The notes: a model not told the origin generated them from the sequence alone. Counted from the stretch's first letter, positions 13,201 to 28,299 are shown. The stretch: DNA of 64,000 nt from Amphiscolops sp. MND2022 (GCA_964187785.1 OZ076409.1:60080001-60144000); one strand, 5' to 3'. A program made the numbers and translations.

Positions 13201-16177
13201 GAAAACACTTCAGAATCAGTTTTGCAAACAACTATGTAGCTTTATAATAACCACTTTCAACAACTCGCATTTACTGCTAAACCCTGATATATGAGTAACT
13301 TTTTGCAAAGTTACAAGTCTCACTGACCTGGTTTTGCAATTTTGAACCTTTGAGAGAAACTAATTTGTCCACTGATGACGATAAAATGTTTGTTTACAAA
13401 AAATCCGAAAAAACAATAGTTTATATATGGGTTTCTCAATCCTGAATTTTCTGCACTATCGTAATACATTGAATTCAAGTTTCTTCCTCTGAAATGTCCT
13501 GTTTAAGAAGGTTTCTTTTCAAAACAATGCAATGAAAATTATCCAAGTGGACACTTTTCTTGAAAAAACGTTGAGAAGATTGAAAATGACGTTTTTTCAA
13601 CACTCAAGGCTTTTGATGTTTGAACTAAAATAAATTATAAACGAGGTCAATAGTGAAATGCGTTGCTTAGTTTTTGTATATTCATAGCAAAATGTTCAAA
13701 CAAAAATGTTTGTAATCAAAATTAAACTTTATTAAACTTTTAAATTAACGGTTTTCGGTAATACTTTTCCGTTCGGAAGATTTTGGTCTCCTTAAATTGA
13801 ATCCAAATCAATTTTTACAATCATAGGTCCAATTTATTTGTTACATTGTGGTATGGCTCAATGCACAAAATTGCGTAGAATCGCATATAGCGTTGCATCC
13901 AGGTAAACACTGTACACTTCGATCTATTCAGAAGGCAGTCATAGGCAATTTTACCGCAGATGGTTTCGAATAATTGCAAAATTAGGGCTCTGGAAAGAAT
14001 CGTATTTTAGCGTCTTGTCAAAAATCAGTCCAAATTTCACATCGTCGAATTTTTCTACTTCAAAATTGCGTGTAATTTTATTAAAATGTTCAGTTATTTT
14101 CGTTCGTTTTCGTACTGTATTTCCCTCAAGTGCTTGTTAATTTTTATAAAAGCTTTTGCTTTGAAGAATAGACTAATGGCAACACCCTGAAAGCAGTTTT
14201 CAAACAAAACGACGTTTGATCGTGTTTAATCGGAAACCGCAACTGTTTGAAAACACTTGTGAACTCTGCTCTCTAATTTATAAAATTTCCGCGTGAATTT
14301 TCTAATAAACCTTTGAAGTGTAATTCACTAAATTGATGTGATTTACAGTCGTTTTTCTTCAAAATGAGGGAAATTGGAAGTGTAATGAATGTCAAATTGA
14401 AGAAAAATGTTCCTAGGAGCTCCCAATGACTTTCTGTAATATGCAAAACAATGACTTTCCTAATGCAAAACTCTGTAATCTTCCCGTTTCACTTAGTCAT
14501 TTAGTTTCCCTAGAATCAGGTATGTAATGATAACTTTTTCCGTTGCTCGTCTAACGCGCAAAAACGAAATTTTTATCAATTTAACTTTTAGACACATAAT
14601 ATTATACTTTTAATAACAAATTTCGAATCATCAAATTCCCATCAAGAAGTGATATTTTGCATTAAATCTGGACAAAATTGTTTTTTAATGAAAAAGAAAC
14701 GTGTCTACTTTCATCTGTTTATGACCATGAAACATGAAAGCTATGAGCATGTGGCGTGTTTTTAGAAAGAATAATAATTTAAAAAATCAAAGCTGTGAAA
14801 TGCAAAAAACATTTCATCCGTTTGATATGTAATTCATATTCATGAACATAATTTACCGCAAAGCTGGTAAATTTTCATCTTTTTAATTGTGGTGTTTGGT
14901 ATGCTTCATCAATTCCAGCAAATATGTGAACTGTAGATTTTTAAAACAAACTGTTCTGAAATGTGTATGGCGGAATATAAATAAACAAACCGGAAAAGGC
15001 ATAAGACGGCACCCCCCTTAAGGCTCAAAAAGAGCCAAAGTACATTAAAGCGTCAATGAATCTTTTTAAAAAAAATTCTCAATCTCATAGGACCAAAAAA
15101 CCCAAAGGGAGACCCTTTGGGCTTAAAAGTACTTTTTGCTCTTTTTTTCTCGAAAGACAAAAAATCAAAGATTTTGCTTCTGTTTCATCGCCACAAGCAT
15201 CAAAGAACCAAGGCGAGAACCCTTTTACGAGATTGAAATGTTCCCAAGAAAAGTTGTGCTGGGCCAAAAACGATCCAACGGGAAGACCCTTTGGGCCTAA
15301 AACGTTTTTCAAACAAACCAAAAGAAGAAAATTGTATATTTTCTGCAAAAAAGTCGCAAAGTTCTCAAACTGAAACTCAAACTCTTTTCAATTCGAAATG
15401 TCAAAATACAGTAGAGGAAACCCCTCCAATCCATTTGCCAAATTGTAAAACTTTTCTAAAATTTTGGATTTTTAAATGGCGACTTTCAAACAGTGCTGAC
15501 TGAACTGAAAAGTGAGTTGATCCTTGGAAAGTTCCGCTATAAACAATAGATAACATACGTGGAATGTAAATTTAACTCATCAAGTAAGGGTTGTACCCTG
15601 GGACAAAAGGCTGTTGCATTCTTCTGGGGGACTACAACTTAAAAACAGTTTGAAAATACAGTGCAAAAAAATACTACAAGTCCTATCGTTTATTGATAGG
15701 GCCTTGTGAGAATGAGCGTAAACTACCGAATGAAGGAAGTCTAGTGATTAACATTTTGTTTCTATAGTTCTTCGAAATTATCCTTCAAAGAGTAATTGTT
15801 TTGAATTTCCAAGAAAGCATTTTTGTCGGAGTAAAAAGCTATTTGACTTTCATTAGATTTTCCAAAACGCAATAGAAAGTGAATTGATTCGTTACTTGTA
15901 CATCGCGCGGTGTAGTTTCAGCTGCCTGTGTATATTTTTTTCTACCCACTTCGGCTTTGAAAGCATCTATCTGCGTAAAAGTGGCTTCGTGGCGATAAAG
16001 TTGCTTTTTAGTCTCCTGCGTTTCATGTAGTGAAAAAAAATGTAATCTTCCTTTTCGTTTTACCTAAAGATAATACCGGAAATCTGTTGTTTCTTATACA
16101 AAGACTTTTCAAATGGGAAATTTTTGGTGGTCTGTTGATAAAGAATTTTTATCAAGCTTTAGCTGAACTGGGGTTCA

Positions 16178-16447
16178 GATCTTCTTAAAATGATTCTTAC
16201 AAAAATGTAGATAGAATTAACACTAGTTGAGAAACCAGTCTATGACATAAGAGCTCATTTGAGGATTCTAAACATCCATTCATCAGCGTTATGTAACCTA
16301 ATCTCGGAATCAAAAAAACAAGAGGATTTTCATCGGTAGCGAACGATAGTTTAGAATGCTCTACTAGAATTACTCTTATGTAAAAGACTGGTTTTTCAAC
16401 TACTGTTAATCCTATCTACATTTTGTAAGGATCGTTTCAAGAAGATC
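16178..16447. mobile_element. MITE-like fold-back element
   Basis: ~75-bp imperfect TIRs, GATCTTCTTAAAATGATTCTTACAAAAATGTAGATAG... and ...CTATCTACATTTTGTAAGGATCGTTTCAAGAAGATC. Confidence 0.7.
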
Positions 16448-17240
16448 AGAATTGAGTTTTTCAAGGAATGTACATGTTTTATGTTAACCTAATAATAGTA
16501 AGCAGTTAGTATATGACATTGAAATTAGAACATTAAAGGTGAGCCGGCTTTCGAATCTACCAGCTTGTTTTCCATTTTGTGTAAGTTTTTCATCATTTTC
16601 ATCAACCTTTTTTCACCTTTCTCCAAATTTGTAGTATTTTTCATTATTCGGTTTTCATACCTTGTCTAACAAAGTACATCCATTATCATAATTGGATCTG
16701 AGCCAGTTGCTGAGAGCTCTCTGAAAATCTATGATACTATTGCTACCAAGTACACGAATGTAGAAGTGAGGGGTTCCCTGAGACGTCCTAACTCAGTGTG
16801 AAACCTCTTGTTATTCTTGATAAAAATCTTTGCAAGATGCTTATCAAGAGTGTCAAGAATTCGTACGACCCAACAATATCTTGTCATGAGTGTCAAGAGA
16901 AAAGCTAACAAATGTGAATGAGAATAAACAAAAAGTTTCGTCAACTTCAGCTTTATCAGTATCAAAGTCGTTGACGCTACCACCCCAGTTATCACAACTT
17001 GAAATTCAATGCTGTGCGTTGTCTTGTAACCAAAATGAGAGACTCTTACCAAGGGCTCTATTAAGAAGCTCAAGAGGTTTGTGTGAAGTAAAAATGAACA
17101 CGATTTTATCAAGGCTTTCAAAAGTGAACGGGAATATGTAAGAATGCGCAAGATTTTGGCAAGAGTTTCAAGATTTTTTGTAATAGGTAGTGAAACACCA
17201 TGTTTCAATACTTCCTGTTAGAAGCCTGTCAATGATGTTA

Positions 17241-18780
17241 GAAGTCAAAGACAAACTCCTTCCTTTGAACCCTTTCATTGACGAACGCCAAATTATACGC
17301 TCTTCCGGACGTCTACAATACGCACCGTTACCGGCAGCTACGCGCATGCCTGTCGTTCTAGATGCCCAGAACGCAAAAACCCGCCTCCTCATGGTACACT
17401 TTCACGAAATCTGCCACCACGCCGGTCCCGAATACGTCAAGTCATTTCTGCAACAACGTTATTTCATTTTTGGCGTCCGTGCCGCACTGCGCAACATCAG
17501 TTATCTTTGCTTCCAATGCCGCCGCTTTAGCGCCAAAAACGTCGAGCCAATGATGGCGCTCTTACCCCGATGCCGATTTCCATCCCCAGATACGCCATAT
17601 CCGTTCGCCAACTCCGGAGTCGATGCGTTTGGACCATTCTTCATTGTCAACGGAAAACGAACTGAGAAACACTACAGCCTGATCTTCACCTGCCTCGTCA
17701 CCCGCGCCTGTCATTTGGAACCTTGTCCCGCCTTGACCACGGACTCCTTCATCAACGCCTTCCGACGCTTCATTGCCAGAAGAGGACAGCCGCAGTACAT
17801 TGTTCTGACAATGGAAAAAATTTCGTTGGTGCCCGTCGTGAGCTTCAGGAAGCCTTGAACGCAGGTATCCGCACAGCTCTGCAAACTACTCCCCTAGCAC
17901 CCGAGATGGAATGGCACCTCAACCCGCCGTTTGCGCCGCACTTTCCAAACGGCCAAGAAAACTCTACTCCTCATCCTAGGATCCAGAAAACTGACTCTAG
18001 AACTGTTTCACACAATCCTTGCCGAAACAGAACTCATGCTCAACTCACGACCTCTGATCCATGGTGCCGACTACCCTGACAACGAAGAACCTCTGACGCC
18101 CAACCATTTTCTTCTCCACAGACCTTATGCAAACCTGCCACCTGGAGTTTTCAAAGATTCCAGTTATCAGCTCACGCATAAGTCTTGGAAAGAAACCCAA
18201 AAACTTGTCAACCATATTTGGAAGAGACTGCTAACTGAATACATTCCCACATTGCACCACCGGTCCAAGTGGAATCAACAACTATCACCAATTACTGTTG
18301 GAGAACTTGTGTGGGTGCTTCGAGACTTCCCTCCTCGTGGGATTTGGCCTATTGGGCGAGTGGAAGCTGTTTTCCCTGGGCGAGATGGACCCGAGTGTGT
18401 TCTGTAAAGACAGCTTACGGAACTTTCGAGCGCCCCGCCGTCTCTCTTTCCCGCGTTTTCGCCCCGTGACGGTTCGTTCGCCACGACTCTTTTCTGGAGA
18501 GATTTTTCCCGGTCCGCCCTCGTCTCCCCTCTCTTCTCCCTGCAGCTTGGGGGGCTGGAGCATGTCAATGATGATTCACAACATTGACTCAACATTAACT
18601 CTAAACTATTTTCAACTTTACTTCCTGACTTTTCACGTTTGTTTTCATACTTTTGTTCAAACTGTTGATCATACTGGTGACTCACTAAATGAAATATAAA
18701 ACGTTTCTTATAAAGCCTAATTTTCTCTTCGTGTGACCGAATAAACTTGGGTGAAAGAAGACCCCAATCATCGGGTCACA
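17241..18780 (+). mobile_element. 5'-truncated BEL/Pao LTR retrotransposon (integrase plus 3' LTR)
   Basis: Motifs HEICHHAG...CFQC, GVDAFGPF, FTCLVTRACHLE, RRFIARRG, SDNGKNF, LNSRPL, LTPNHFL and WPIGRV, spread over frameshifted ORFs 17190-18469. G-rich tract followed by a TGT...ACA segment 18563-18780 with AATAAA at ~18740. Confidence 0.9.
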
Positions 18781-20805
18781 AAAGCGGTCAAGAAGCATGA
18801 AATAAGGCCGATTGTGATGAAAAACCATATCTTCACCGCGATTTGCATGCACTAAATAGCAACGTTTGCGTCGTTTCTCATAAACATGCTCGTTCTGAGA
18901 TCAATAATTTCCATTTTGTGATGTAATTTAAACAGGAAACCCGAAGATCATCCGTGTTTCACCCGAAGAAGAAGTTATAGATTCAGTTCGAAGAAGAGTT
19001 CGACGAAAAACTATACTAGCAGAGCTTACATGAATTAAAACCTCATTTATGTTGAAACAAATGTACTTAAACTGCAACCACGTGACAATCCTGCCGACGT
19101 TGTTACAAGTATAAATGAGGAGCTCTTAAACAAACTTCGGAAAAAGACATTCGAAACAAGTTGAAAAATGCGTCAAAAACCGTAGGTCTTTTCGACAATC
19201 AGTGAGAAAACTATCATCAGTCCTACAGTGTCGTAACTTTCCTCACTATTGTGAGAGTCTACAAAACTCTCCCTAGGCAGATATTTTTGATTGAAATCCA
19301 CCTTCGATCGATTAGGACGCGATGTATGGCTTGAATTAGCTTCAGTGTTCCTGTGTAGTCCCGAAGATTGAAAGTCACCAACTTTTTCGAAATCTAATCG
19401 CCAAACTTTTCAAAATAAAAAAAAATCGAATGGATTATTCCTGAAAACAAAATTATATTTCTTATTATACATGAAACAATGAATTAAATACGAAATCTTA
19501 CAAAGTGAAAGTGGAATAGTACGTATGTACGTATGAACTACGTGTCAATCGATTGGTGACCGTTTTATTGAACTGTCTAATTTTGGTCCCTGTCGTGAGC
19601 ATTTTCATTAGCACTGTCAAACTACTAATTAATAGTACAACTATGTAATAAGAGTGATTCATAATTATGTACTACTTATGTAAAAAGATTGAGTAATTAA
19701 TCCTGTGTATGCGAATCAAACAGTGGAATTATAAATCGACCAGTGTAGTTATCAGAACAACCCGTAATTACCAGAACAACATGTAATTAGGGCGATGCAC
19801 AGTGTAGGTAGTCAAATTGCGTAGAAACGATGTTTGGTGTAGACTAGTCATTTACAGTAATTTCTGCTGGTGTAAACTGGTTAATTTACCAAGCTGTGTC
19901 AACTAGTGTAATGACTTATCAATGCGTGTAAGGTATGACAAGTGTAAATCTTCCAAAAAAAATATTCGCGCTCTGATTGAACAAAGATTGAACTAGCAAA
20001 AACTTGCTAGTTCATTACCGGGATGTGTCTCGTAATGGTGTCATTTTGCGGTAAATTCATTTTCAAGCACACCTAGACTATTCTGGAATTGGGAAAATAC
20101 TTTCCCAGCCATTACTGAGTATATTGCTAGCAAAGTCTAAGCGTTTAGGTGAATTTTGATTTCACCTAGGTTCATGGAAATTTGACCAGTTAACTCTGCG
20201 CTCATCACCCTAGTCGTCTCAGTGGTCACTTTGCTATTCTCTCTACTATTCGTATTCAATAAGGACCTAAAATCCTCCCCTATTGAGTTTGTATTTTCCT
20301 GTAGTCCTCCGGACACTGAAACACTTCTACTTCTGAGCGCTCTAGGCAGTGTGACGTTATTTCCGACATAGAAGAAATGAAAAAGATTTTGAGAAAGATT
20401 CTGAGCGGTTGAGTAAGAAAATGATTCTTTTCAAATGAATAGAATCATTTTCATATCCAATCCTTAGAAAACTTCCCAACATCATATTTATATCTTTCAA
20501 GTCTGATTTTACGTCAGTTCACCTAAAGCGCTTTTCTTTAGCTTTCTGTTTTTAGTTGAAAGCATCACGAAGAATGAATACTATTCAAAACAATGTAGGA
20601 ATGAACTCGGTAACAATAAATGGAGAACGTCTTATGATTTGCACAGTAATGATACGCATCGCTCGAGAGTTTGTAAAAAAAGCTCCCCTCCTTCTCGTGT
20701 TGTGGGTGTTTATACCATTTAGTCCATGACACGCGCAAAGCCCGGTGTCACGTCACTAAACATAACAGCTACGTCACTGAGGCTATCATTAGTCTGTTGT
20801 TTTGA

Positions 20806-21122
20806 CTGAAGCGTTACGTCAGTTTTTACATATGGTATACAACTAGCAACAACAGCAATACTATGTGTCATAACAAATACATGCTGGTAGTTGATAAAAT
20901 AATACATAGTAACTATAGAACTGAGCGTCTTCATGTTCTGTATCAGCTATTTACATATAGTTGGCTGAAGCGTTACGTCAGTTTTTACAAATGGTATACA
21001 ACTAGCAACAACAGCAATACTATGTGTCATAACAAATACATGCCGGTAGTTGATAAAATATTACATAGTAACTATAGAACTGAGCGTCTTCATGTTCTGT
21101 ATCAGCTATTTACATATAGTTG
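20806..21122. repeat. Tandem duplication, 2 x 159 bp
   Basis: Units start CTGAAGCGTTACGTCAG at 20806 and 20965 and are nearly identical. Confidence 0.92.
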
Positions 21123-24100
21123 TTACCGTCAACTAAATGGACTTTAAGTTTCTTTGACTGCAACGTGAATGGATGTACTGTCAATCTAGCAAAATGAGAG
21201 GCTGATTGGAATGCGGACAACGCGTGAACTGGACTAGAGCGTTAGACCAGGTAAATGCGCTTCCTTTCTTACAGCAGGTATTTCAGTTATTGATTGATCA
21301 ATTCAACTATATTTTACAACAAAATCAGCTGTATAGCACCCGTTTGAACGAGTGTTAGTACCTTTTACATTGCAGAACATCATATAATATAATGGTTCAC
21401 ATAACTAAACTATTTGTAGTTAGTTTCGTTGCTGCAGTCTCGGGGACATTAGATCCCGATTCACCATTTTGGCAAATTGCCAAGGTCGGAAGGAACTTTT
21501 TTCCCTCGGATGAAAGTTGGTAGTATGCGACATTCAGAGCCATAAAAAACAAATGAGATCAGCCTTAAGACTCGGAAAACGGTTTTCCTTGACAGAAATC
21601 CTCAAAAACTGAAAACTGAGATAAAAAGGTTCGAAAAATTTTTCGTTACGTTGAATAGTGTCGAAAAACCGCAAGAGGCGCTCTATGGTTGCGACGCTTT
21701 ATATCCACCTAAAATTGAATTGTGGTTTCAGGAAAAAAATCAGTAAGAGTCGCATTGTGCCGAAACAACACCCAGTTGTCTTTTCTTTACTTTTGTAAGC
21801 ATGTAACATTTGGTTTAGTGAGGAACCTACCAGACCTGAAAGTATGCGCTTACCGCTAGGCTAAAAGGCGGAATCTTTTCATATAAAATTTATGAAAATT
21901 TATAAAATAAAGTAGCTTCAGAGTGAATGACGAAAAGATCGTGCTTTTGTAATAGTCGTGTACTTTGTACTTTTAAAATAACCAAATTATCCACTGAATA
22001 ACGACACATGGAATACGGGTTACAATTCATACTAAAGTCTAATTTGGTTCTAATACGGGTTACAACTGAAGTCTAATTTGCTTTTTGTTCGTCAAAGTAG
22101 GATCAGAAAGTTGAAATGCATGCATTTAGAAGGACGGTTCTCAGAAATACTCGAAGCTTGTAGTCTATTACTCAAACGATCATGTTACAACCTTACTATG
22201 ATAGACGTGATCCTCCTATGGGGTCGACTTAGACAGATATGATTGCAATCACTTACCGATTCTTGGAACGTTAAGATTGTTTTTAGAATCAACCCTTAAG
22301 TTTTGTAACCGCTGCCCCGATTTCAGAGTTAAGCTACATTGAAAGACGAAGGGAACGGCATAAGTCGGCGCCGCACTTCAGTCTCAAAAGTAGCGCAAAG
22401 TGTGAAGTACTCTCTTCCACAGTACCCGAAAAACCCAAAATGGAACCGAACTGACACGATAAAAAGGTGACACTTTGGGATTTTTCAGCATCCAATGTGT
22501 TGCCAAATATCAGAAACTTGAAAGGGCCCCCTTTGGAGACTTGAAAACAGTGTCGAAAAAAAAAGAATTTCGAGGCGTCTCATAGTGATGAGAAATGTAA
22601 CAGGGGAACACTTCTGGATTTTGCTGAAAACAAAATTCTGACTGTTTTTGAACTTTTCATGGTAGAGATACTCAGATAAATGTCAGGTCAACTAAGGTCT
22701 GAATCATATCGTATTCTCGTTCAACCAAAGCAAGACAATGATCACAAGTTTCAAACACGCTGGAAAGAAGAACGTGTTTTTTAGTCGACGCCTTTTCCCT
22801 TAAGGAAAAAAGCCCGGCTATTACAGTGAGCAGTTTTTTTCAGTTGACAATCTCACTGAGTGGTCCACTTTTTACAATTTGTTCATTTATTCAACTTCGA
22901 CCAGTTTTCTGAACCCGGAGAGCGTGGGTTCGATTCTCGCACAAAACCATGCTTCCAAAAGTACAAGTGAGACCAAAGGGTCCCCCTTTGGGTTTTTTCG
23001 GCACTATGCGACTTTTTTTCGAAAATTTTCGAATTTAATCAAAGGGTACCCCCTTGCATTTTTTTGAAGTTTTGGGTTTGTAAAAAAACGTTTAATGAGA
23101 CTAAATGACCTCTTTTTGGGTTTTTCGGCATTGTGCGACTTTTTTAACCAAATACTTTTTTTGAAAAAAAAATTTTTTCCAAATGTTTCCAATAGTTGTT
23201 CCTTGAATATTTTTGAGCCTTAGATATGGCGCCGACTTGGGACGTTCCCGTTTGTTCCTTTATATAGTAGAATTGCTACGAAGAAAGTCGTTGACCAATT
23301 GCCTCCAAAAACACACAACTTATAAAATGTTTGGATCTTATCCCTTTTCCACTCTTATCCCTTTGCTCCTTTGACGTCCTATTTGGGTACTTTCGAATAC
23401 ATCCTGTTGTATTTTTATCGCAATCCAATGAAATGAAAATCTCAATCTCAATCACTTTTTAACATCCAATTCGTTTCCAAATATCAAAAAATAAAAGGAC
23501 AACACTGTGGAGTAATGAAAAAGTTTTCGAGAAAAAACAAGGAATAGAGTTTTGAACAGTCTCATAGTGCCGAAAAATGTAAAAAGAGTAACACGTTGGA
23601 ATTTTTTAACATCCATTGTGTTGCAAAGTATCAAGAAAATTAAAAGGACCTTCTGAAATATTAAAAAATTCCGAGAAAAGTCTCACCGTGCCAAAAAAAA
23701 TTGAAAAGAGCACCCTTCATTCTCCCTTTAGGGTTTTGAATGTTACGCTAGAGAAAGGAACAACTATCATAGTTCAGTTCCCTGGGCCAAATGGTACAAT
23801 TTGGCCCTTTAAAGTTCTGTAAATCTTGTAGAACTTTTTTGACCAGTTCGTGTAGATTGAAAAATAAGAGTCACTACTGTAGTCGTGGTTCTCGTCATGA
23901 AGCTCCGAATAAAATCCATTTCGTTCAGTTTTTCACAATACGAAATTTTATCTGGAGAGGCTTGGACAATTTGTGGTATGTCAGTCAGCAAACTTTCGAG
24001 AAGGTCAACATTTTTTCTTCCATTAATTCGTTTTTTCTTTTAGGAAATGTTTCCAAAAATTTCTTAATTTCATGATTAATTCCCTAAATTCGAGAAACTC

Positions 24101-25412
24101 TGCAGAAACGATTCTATCTAATGCTTGTTCATGTCGATAAATGTCTATTGTTACAAAGCAGAATACCAATTGCCGCTTCAGAAGGCTGAATGTTGAAAGC
24201 AAGAATTCAAGTTGAACTTTAAAGTTGTTATCAAAGGACGATAATGATTTCATGGGTTACTACTTTTAAGCCTGGTTAAAGTTGGATACTGTTGAACCAC
24301 AAAGTCTAATTGGAAGGAGATTTTTGCCATTCGAGATTAATTAGGCACGTCAAAACAATCGATCAAGAAAGGCTTTTGTAGTTTCAATCCGCGATTCCGC
24401 TACTTAATGATCCAACCTAATGAAAAAACCCGCTATGGCTCAAAACAACGATTTTGAATAGTTTTGCATGTTTATATCTGTTTTCAATGATTTTCTGAGA
24501 TTTTAAGGAACTTCTTTGAACGTTTTAAAGAACGACGGATTTCGCGAGCCGCAACAAATGAATCAAAAAACAAAAACCCAGAAAAGCTAGTAGAAATTTG
24601 CTAGGTTAGGTATAACAATGGAAATAAGAATCCAATTATCATAAAGTTCCACCAATACGCCTGAGGATTAAAAAAATTAGTTAGTGTAAATCGAGAGAAG
24701 TATTAAACAATACCCAAAGTTGAAACTGCCGGCAAAGTTGAAACTGTGGAATTAGTGGCCATTAATTACCCTGCCCACATGTTTTCACAGGTTGTTACTT
24801 GAAACACATAGAAGCTTTGATACTAAAATAAAACGTTCAGTTCCAAAACTTCGAATAAATTTTTGAGTCGAAACATTTGATTTTTAGTTTCTCTAGAAAA
24901 GAGTCGACTATAGTCATGGCTTTTCGTCAGAGTTTTTTTTCGATACACCTGAAGTGACCAAAGTAGTTCTACCAAAACTTCTTCAAAATTTGAAATTTTA
25001 TCTGTTGGCCCACGGACCTAAACCAAAAAGTTTTTCTTTTTTTCCGCGTAACATACAATACCGGGCGAGACTAAAGGCCTCGAAAAAAAACCCAAAGGGA
25101 CCCCTTCAATTTTTTGATGATTTGCGACAGATTGGATGGAAAATCTCAAAGCGTCCCCCCTGGCGCGCCAATTCGGTCTAATTGTTGGGTTTTTCGGATA
25201 CTTTGACACTTTGAAGTCCTTTTGCTATTTTTGAGCATTAGATATGGCGACCTACCTACTTGTAGGTAGGATGTTACGAATTTTGGGTTAGATTGTTATG
25301 AATTTTAGTTGAGAATATGGTCTTGATGGGGGGATTTTGGTGTAGAATAAGATATAAAGAATACAGATTGAATTATTCCACCCTCCAGGTCCAGATTTGA
25401 AAGATCGCAGAT

Positions 25413-25667
25413 TAAAAATCACTGTATTTTGCTGAAATAGGGCCAAAAATCGTATTTCTGATAGATTATCTAAAAAAACTGTATTTCCATGGAATAAGGC
25501 CTAAAACCGCTGTGATTTGGTGGAATAAGGCCCCAAATTGTTTTTCTGTTTGAGTAAGATCTAAAATCACTGTATTTTGTTGAAATAGGGCCGAAAATCG
25601 TATTTCTGATATATTATCTAAAAACACTGTATTTTCATGGAATAAGATCTAAAAACACTGTATTTCG
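25413..25667. repeat. Degenerate ~30-bp minisatellite
   Basis: Recurring AAAATCACTGTATTT...GAAATAGGGCC / GGAATAAG units. Confidence 0.75.
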
Positions 25668-26600
25668 TCGACTGTATAAAACGTCAACAACTCGGGTAAA
25701 CATTGATAGTTATTATCCGGAACGGTATTAACACCGCTCATTCCGGATAGGTACAAAAGTTGTAACACAGGTTTGTTGCGAACTCCCGCGCTAGGAGGGC
25801 TGTTTGGTGAGAAACAATTTCAAAATATAATCAAACAAATTTCTTCTTAAACTGTTCAATGAAAAAAAACAAGATCCTTCAGCGAGGCCCTTTTCACGAA
25901 AAAACCGCACAGTGCCAAAAATACCCAAACCGTAGAGCGAATAGCTAATTGTTCATTCTTTTTGATGTGGAAAAACGCCTCATTGGTTTTCATGAATCAG
26001 TTAATTAAAATAACATCAGATAAATAGATTTATGGTGTCCGGACATTACGCCCAAAGCGGACATTACCAATAGAAGACCGAGACATACAACATTCTTTCA
26101 AAATATTGGGCTTAATGTTCGCTTTGGGCTGAATGTCCTTGGACGTAATGTCGTAGCACCAAATATATTCATTAGGAATTATAACTCCTTTTTCCTAATT
26201 TTTCCCTCAAAATGCTTATTTCGTTAAATACATGTCGAAAATTTATTTAATATCTTCATAGATTTCATATTTCGGATGAAATTTTCTCCGGAAGCGTTCT
26301 CTTGCTGATTAAAAATTCAATTCAAAAAAATATTTAAATACTTGTTTTTCTTGATTTTCCTCAAACCAAAGAAATGTTTTCTCCAAATACTAAGCAGACA
26401 TGAGATGCAAAAAGATTTGGTCTATCAGTTCTCTGCAGAGGACCGTCAACTCTAGTAGGGTAAATGAAAAGTTCCGATTATAAACGTTCTGGACTGGCAG
26501 CGTTTGAACCCGCACTTCCAAATCTACATATTTACCGTTTTCCTAATTAGTCGCAGTTCAGTTTTTGGAGATTGTCGAATGAATTTTACTTTTAGCCCAC

Positions 26601-28299
26601 TGTCGCAGACGGCCGCCTGCGATGGAAATTGGTATACGATTGCATATGGATACTGCAGGGCTTTACCCGGAACAATCCCATTAGATTGAGAGGGCACAGT
26701 GATTTGAGCCAGGAAGTCCAAAGGAACTATTATCAGAACTTTTGTGATAAAAACTGTTTTGTATTATTGTATTACGTAATTCCATACATTTGATAATAAT
26801 ATTGCTCTTAGTTATGCGATAAAACATGCAATTATACTTAAATTTGCTTTAAATTGGACACCAAGGCGTACAGGTAGAGGAAACGCGTTCAAAGTGTTTC
26901 CTCTCCTGTCAGCGCAGACAAGCAGTCCAATTAAAATCAACCAATCACAGGACGCTATTCATTTATTTGCTGTGCTGTATTCATTCCCGTGCTGTATTCT
27001 AAATTAAGAGACTCAAAGGCCATATGCCGCCTAACTGACACAGTCTTTATACCAAACAAAGGCGCGTGGACACTGAGTCCAAAATTGAATATAAGCTGGT
27101 GCGAATACTAGAGATAGTAGTGTGCTATTTTAGAAACGATGCTACTTTAGAAACGCTTTGATTAAACTACATCTCTGAGATTACAAAAGGACTTCCAGTC
27201 CTTTCCCCCCCCATCTTTGCTTCCTTCCCAAAATATCTTGGGTAAAGAATTAGATGAGTAATTTATGCCATGGAAAGCTGTAAACAATGACCCATGAGTC
27301 TATGTACCATTTTGTGTGTACCTATTACATGTAATTAACATGAAATGTTCTACATGTAGTGTTGCTGATGAAATACAATTGAATGGCCTGAAGGGCCACA
27401 TGAACAATCATGAAAGTAGCTGCTACGTTTATATGCGTGCATATACATATACGTGTGTAAATGAATAACGTCATGGCAGTTACTATTTTTAGAAACATGT
27501 TATTACGTTTGTAAAGACACGTTGTCATACATGTCTATTTATAGAATGTTTGTTACTAAAATTAGACTGATGACTCTCAATATTATGTATGTCATGCAAG
27601 GTCAATTATAAATAACCGGGACCCGTGGTCCCGGGGACATAATTTTCCTATGACAAGTCACAGTCAGTTCGTTATTGAATAACCGAATAAAATACTGTTT
27701 GCAAGCTCAAAGATTCCAATTCAAATTCTTTACTCTTGCAACAATCTCTTATGCCTTCTACTAGACGCCAGAAAGCAAAGGCTAGAAAATCTAGAGAGAT
27801 GGACATGTTGTCCGATATAGAAAATATGGACGTGATGTTAGGAAATGGGGGTAGCAATCCCATAGAAAGAGAATTAACTGATGCTATTGAACAATCATCA
27901 GTACAGGGAGACGTAGAGTCGAATGAACACTTGGGAAATCAGTATACTAGCTTTGCTTATGAAAATAACCTTCCTAGGCAAGATGATATTAGACAATCCC
28001 TTGAGACCTTTTCAAATGAATTCAATCTCAGATTATCACAAGAAATGGATTCAATGATGTCCATGATGCATAGCCAAATAAATAGGGCTATCAGTAGTGC
28101 TATCGCAGAAAGGGTTTTCCCGAAATCCAGAACATTGTGAGTTCTATGTCCTCTTCAGTAAACAGGGACACTGAGGCCAGTGTATCGCCAAATAGCCAGG
28201 AAAACAGGGAATGTTCATCCGGGTTTAAATCAAAATTTGCAAAGAAGGACTCACAGTCTGCATGTGATTTAAGAGACATTGCAGGTCGTAGTTATTACA
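26601..28299 (+). repeat. 5' LTR (1699 bp)
   Basis: Starts TGTCGCAGAC and ends GTTATTACA. About 15 substitutions and one 1-bp indel (~28116) versus the 3' LTR, counted by eye. TATAAATA at ~27607, TCAGTT at 27664, AATAAA at 27686-27691. Confidence 0.97.

Noticed and set aside
16700..17240. Alternative genetic code suggested by TGA-interrupted protein-like frames
   Set aside because: TAA and TAG also interrupt these frames, and the retroelement ORFs read normally with the standard code.
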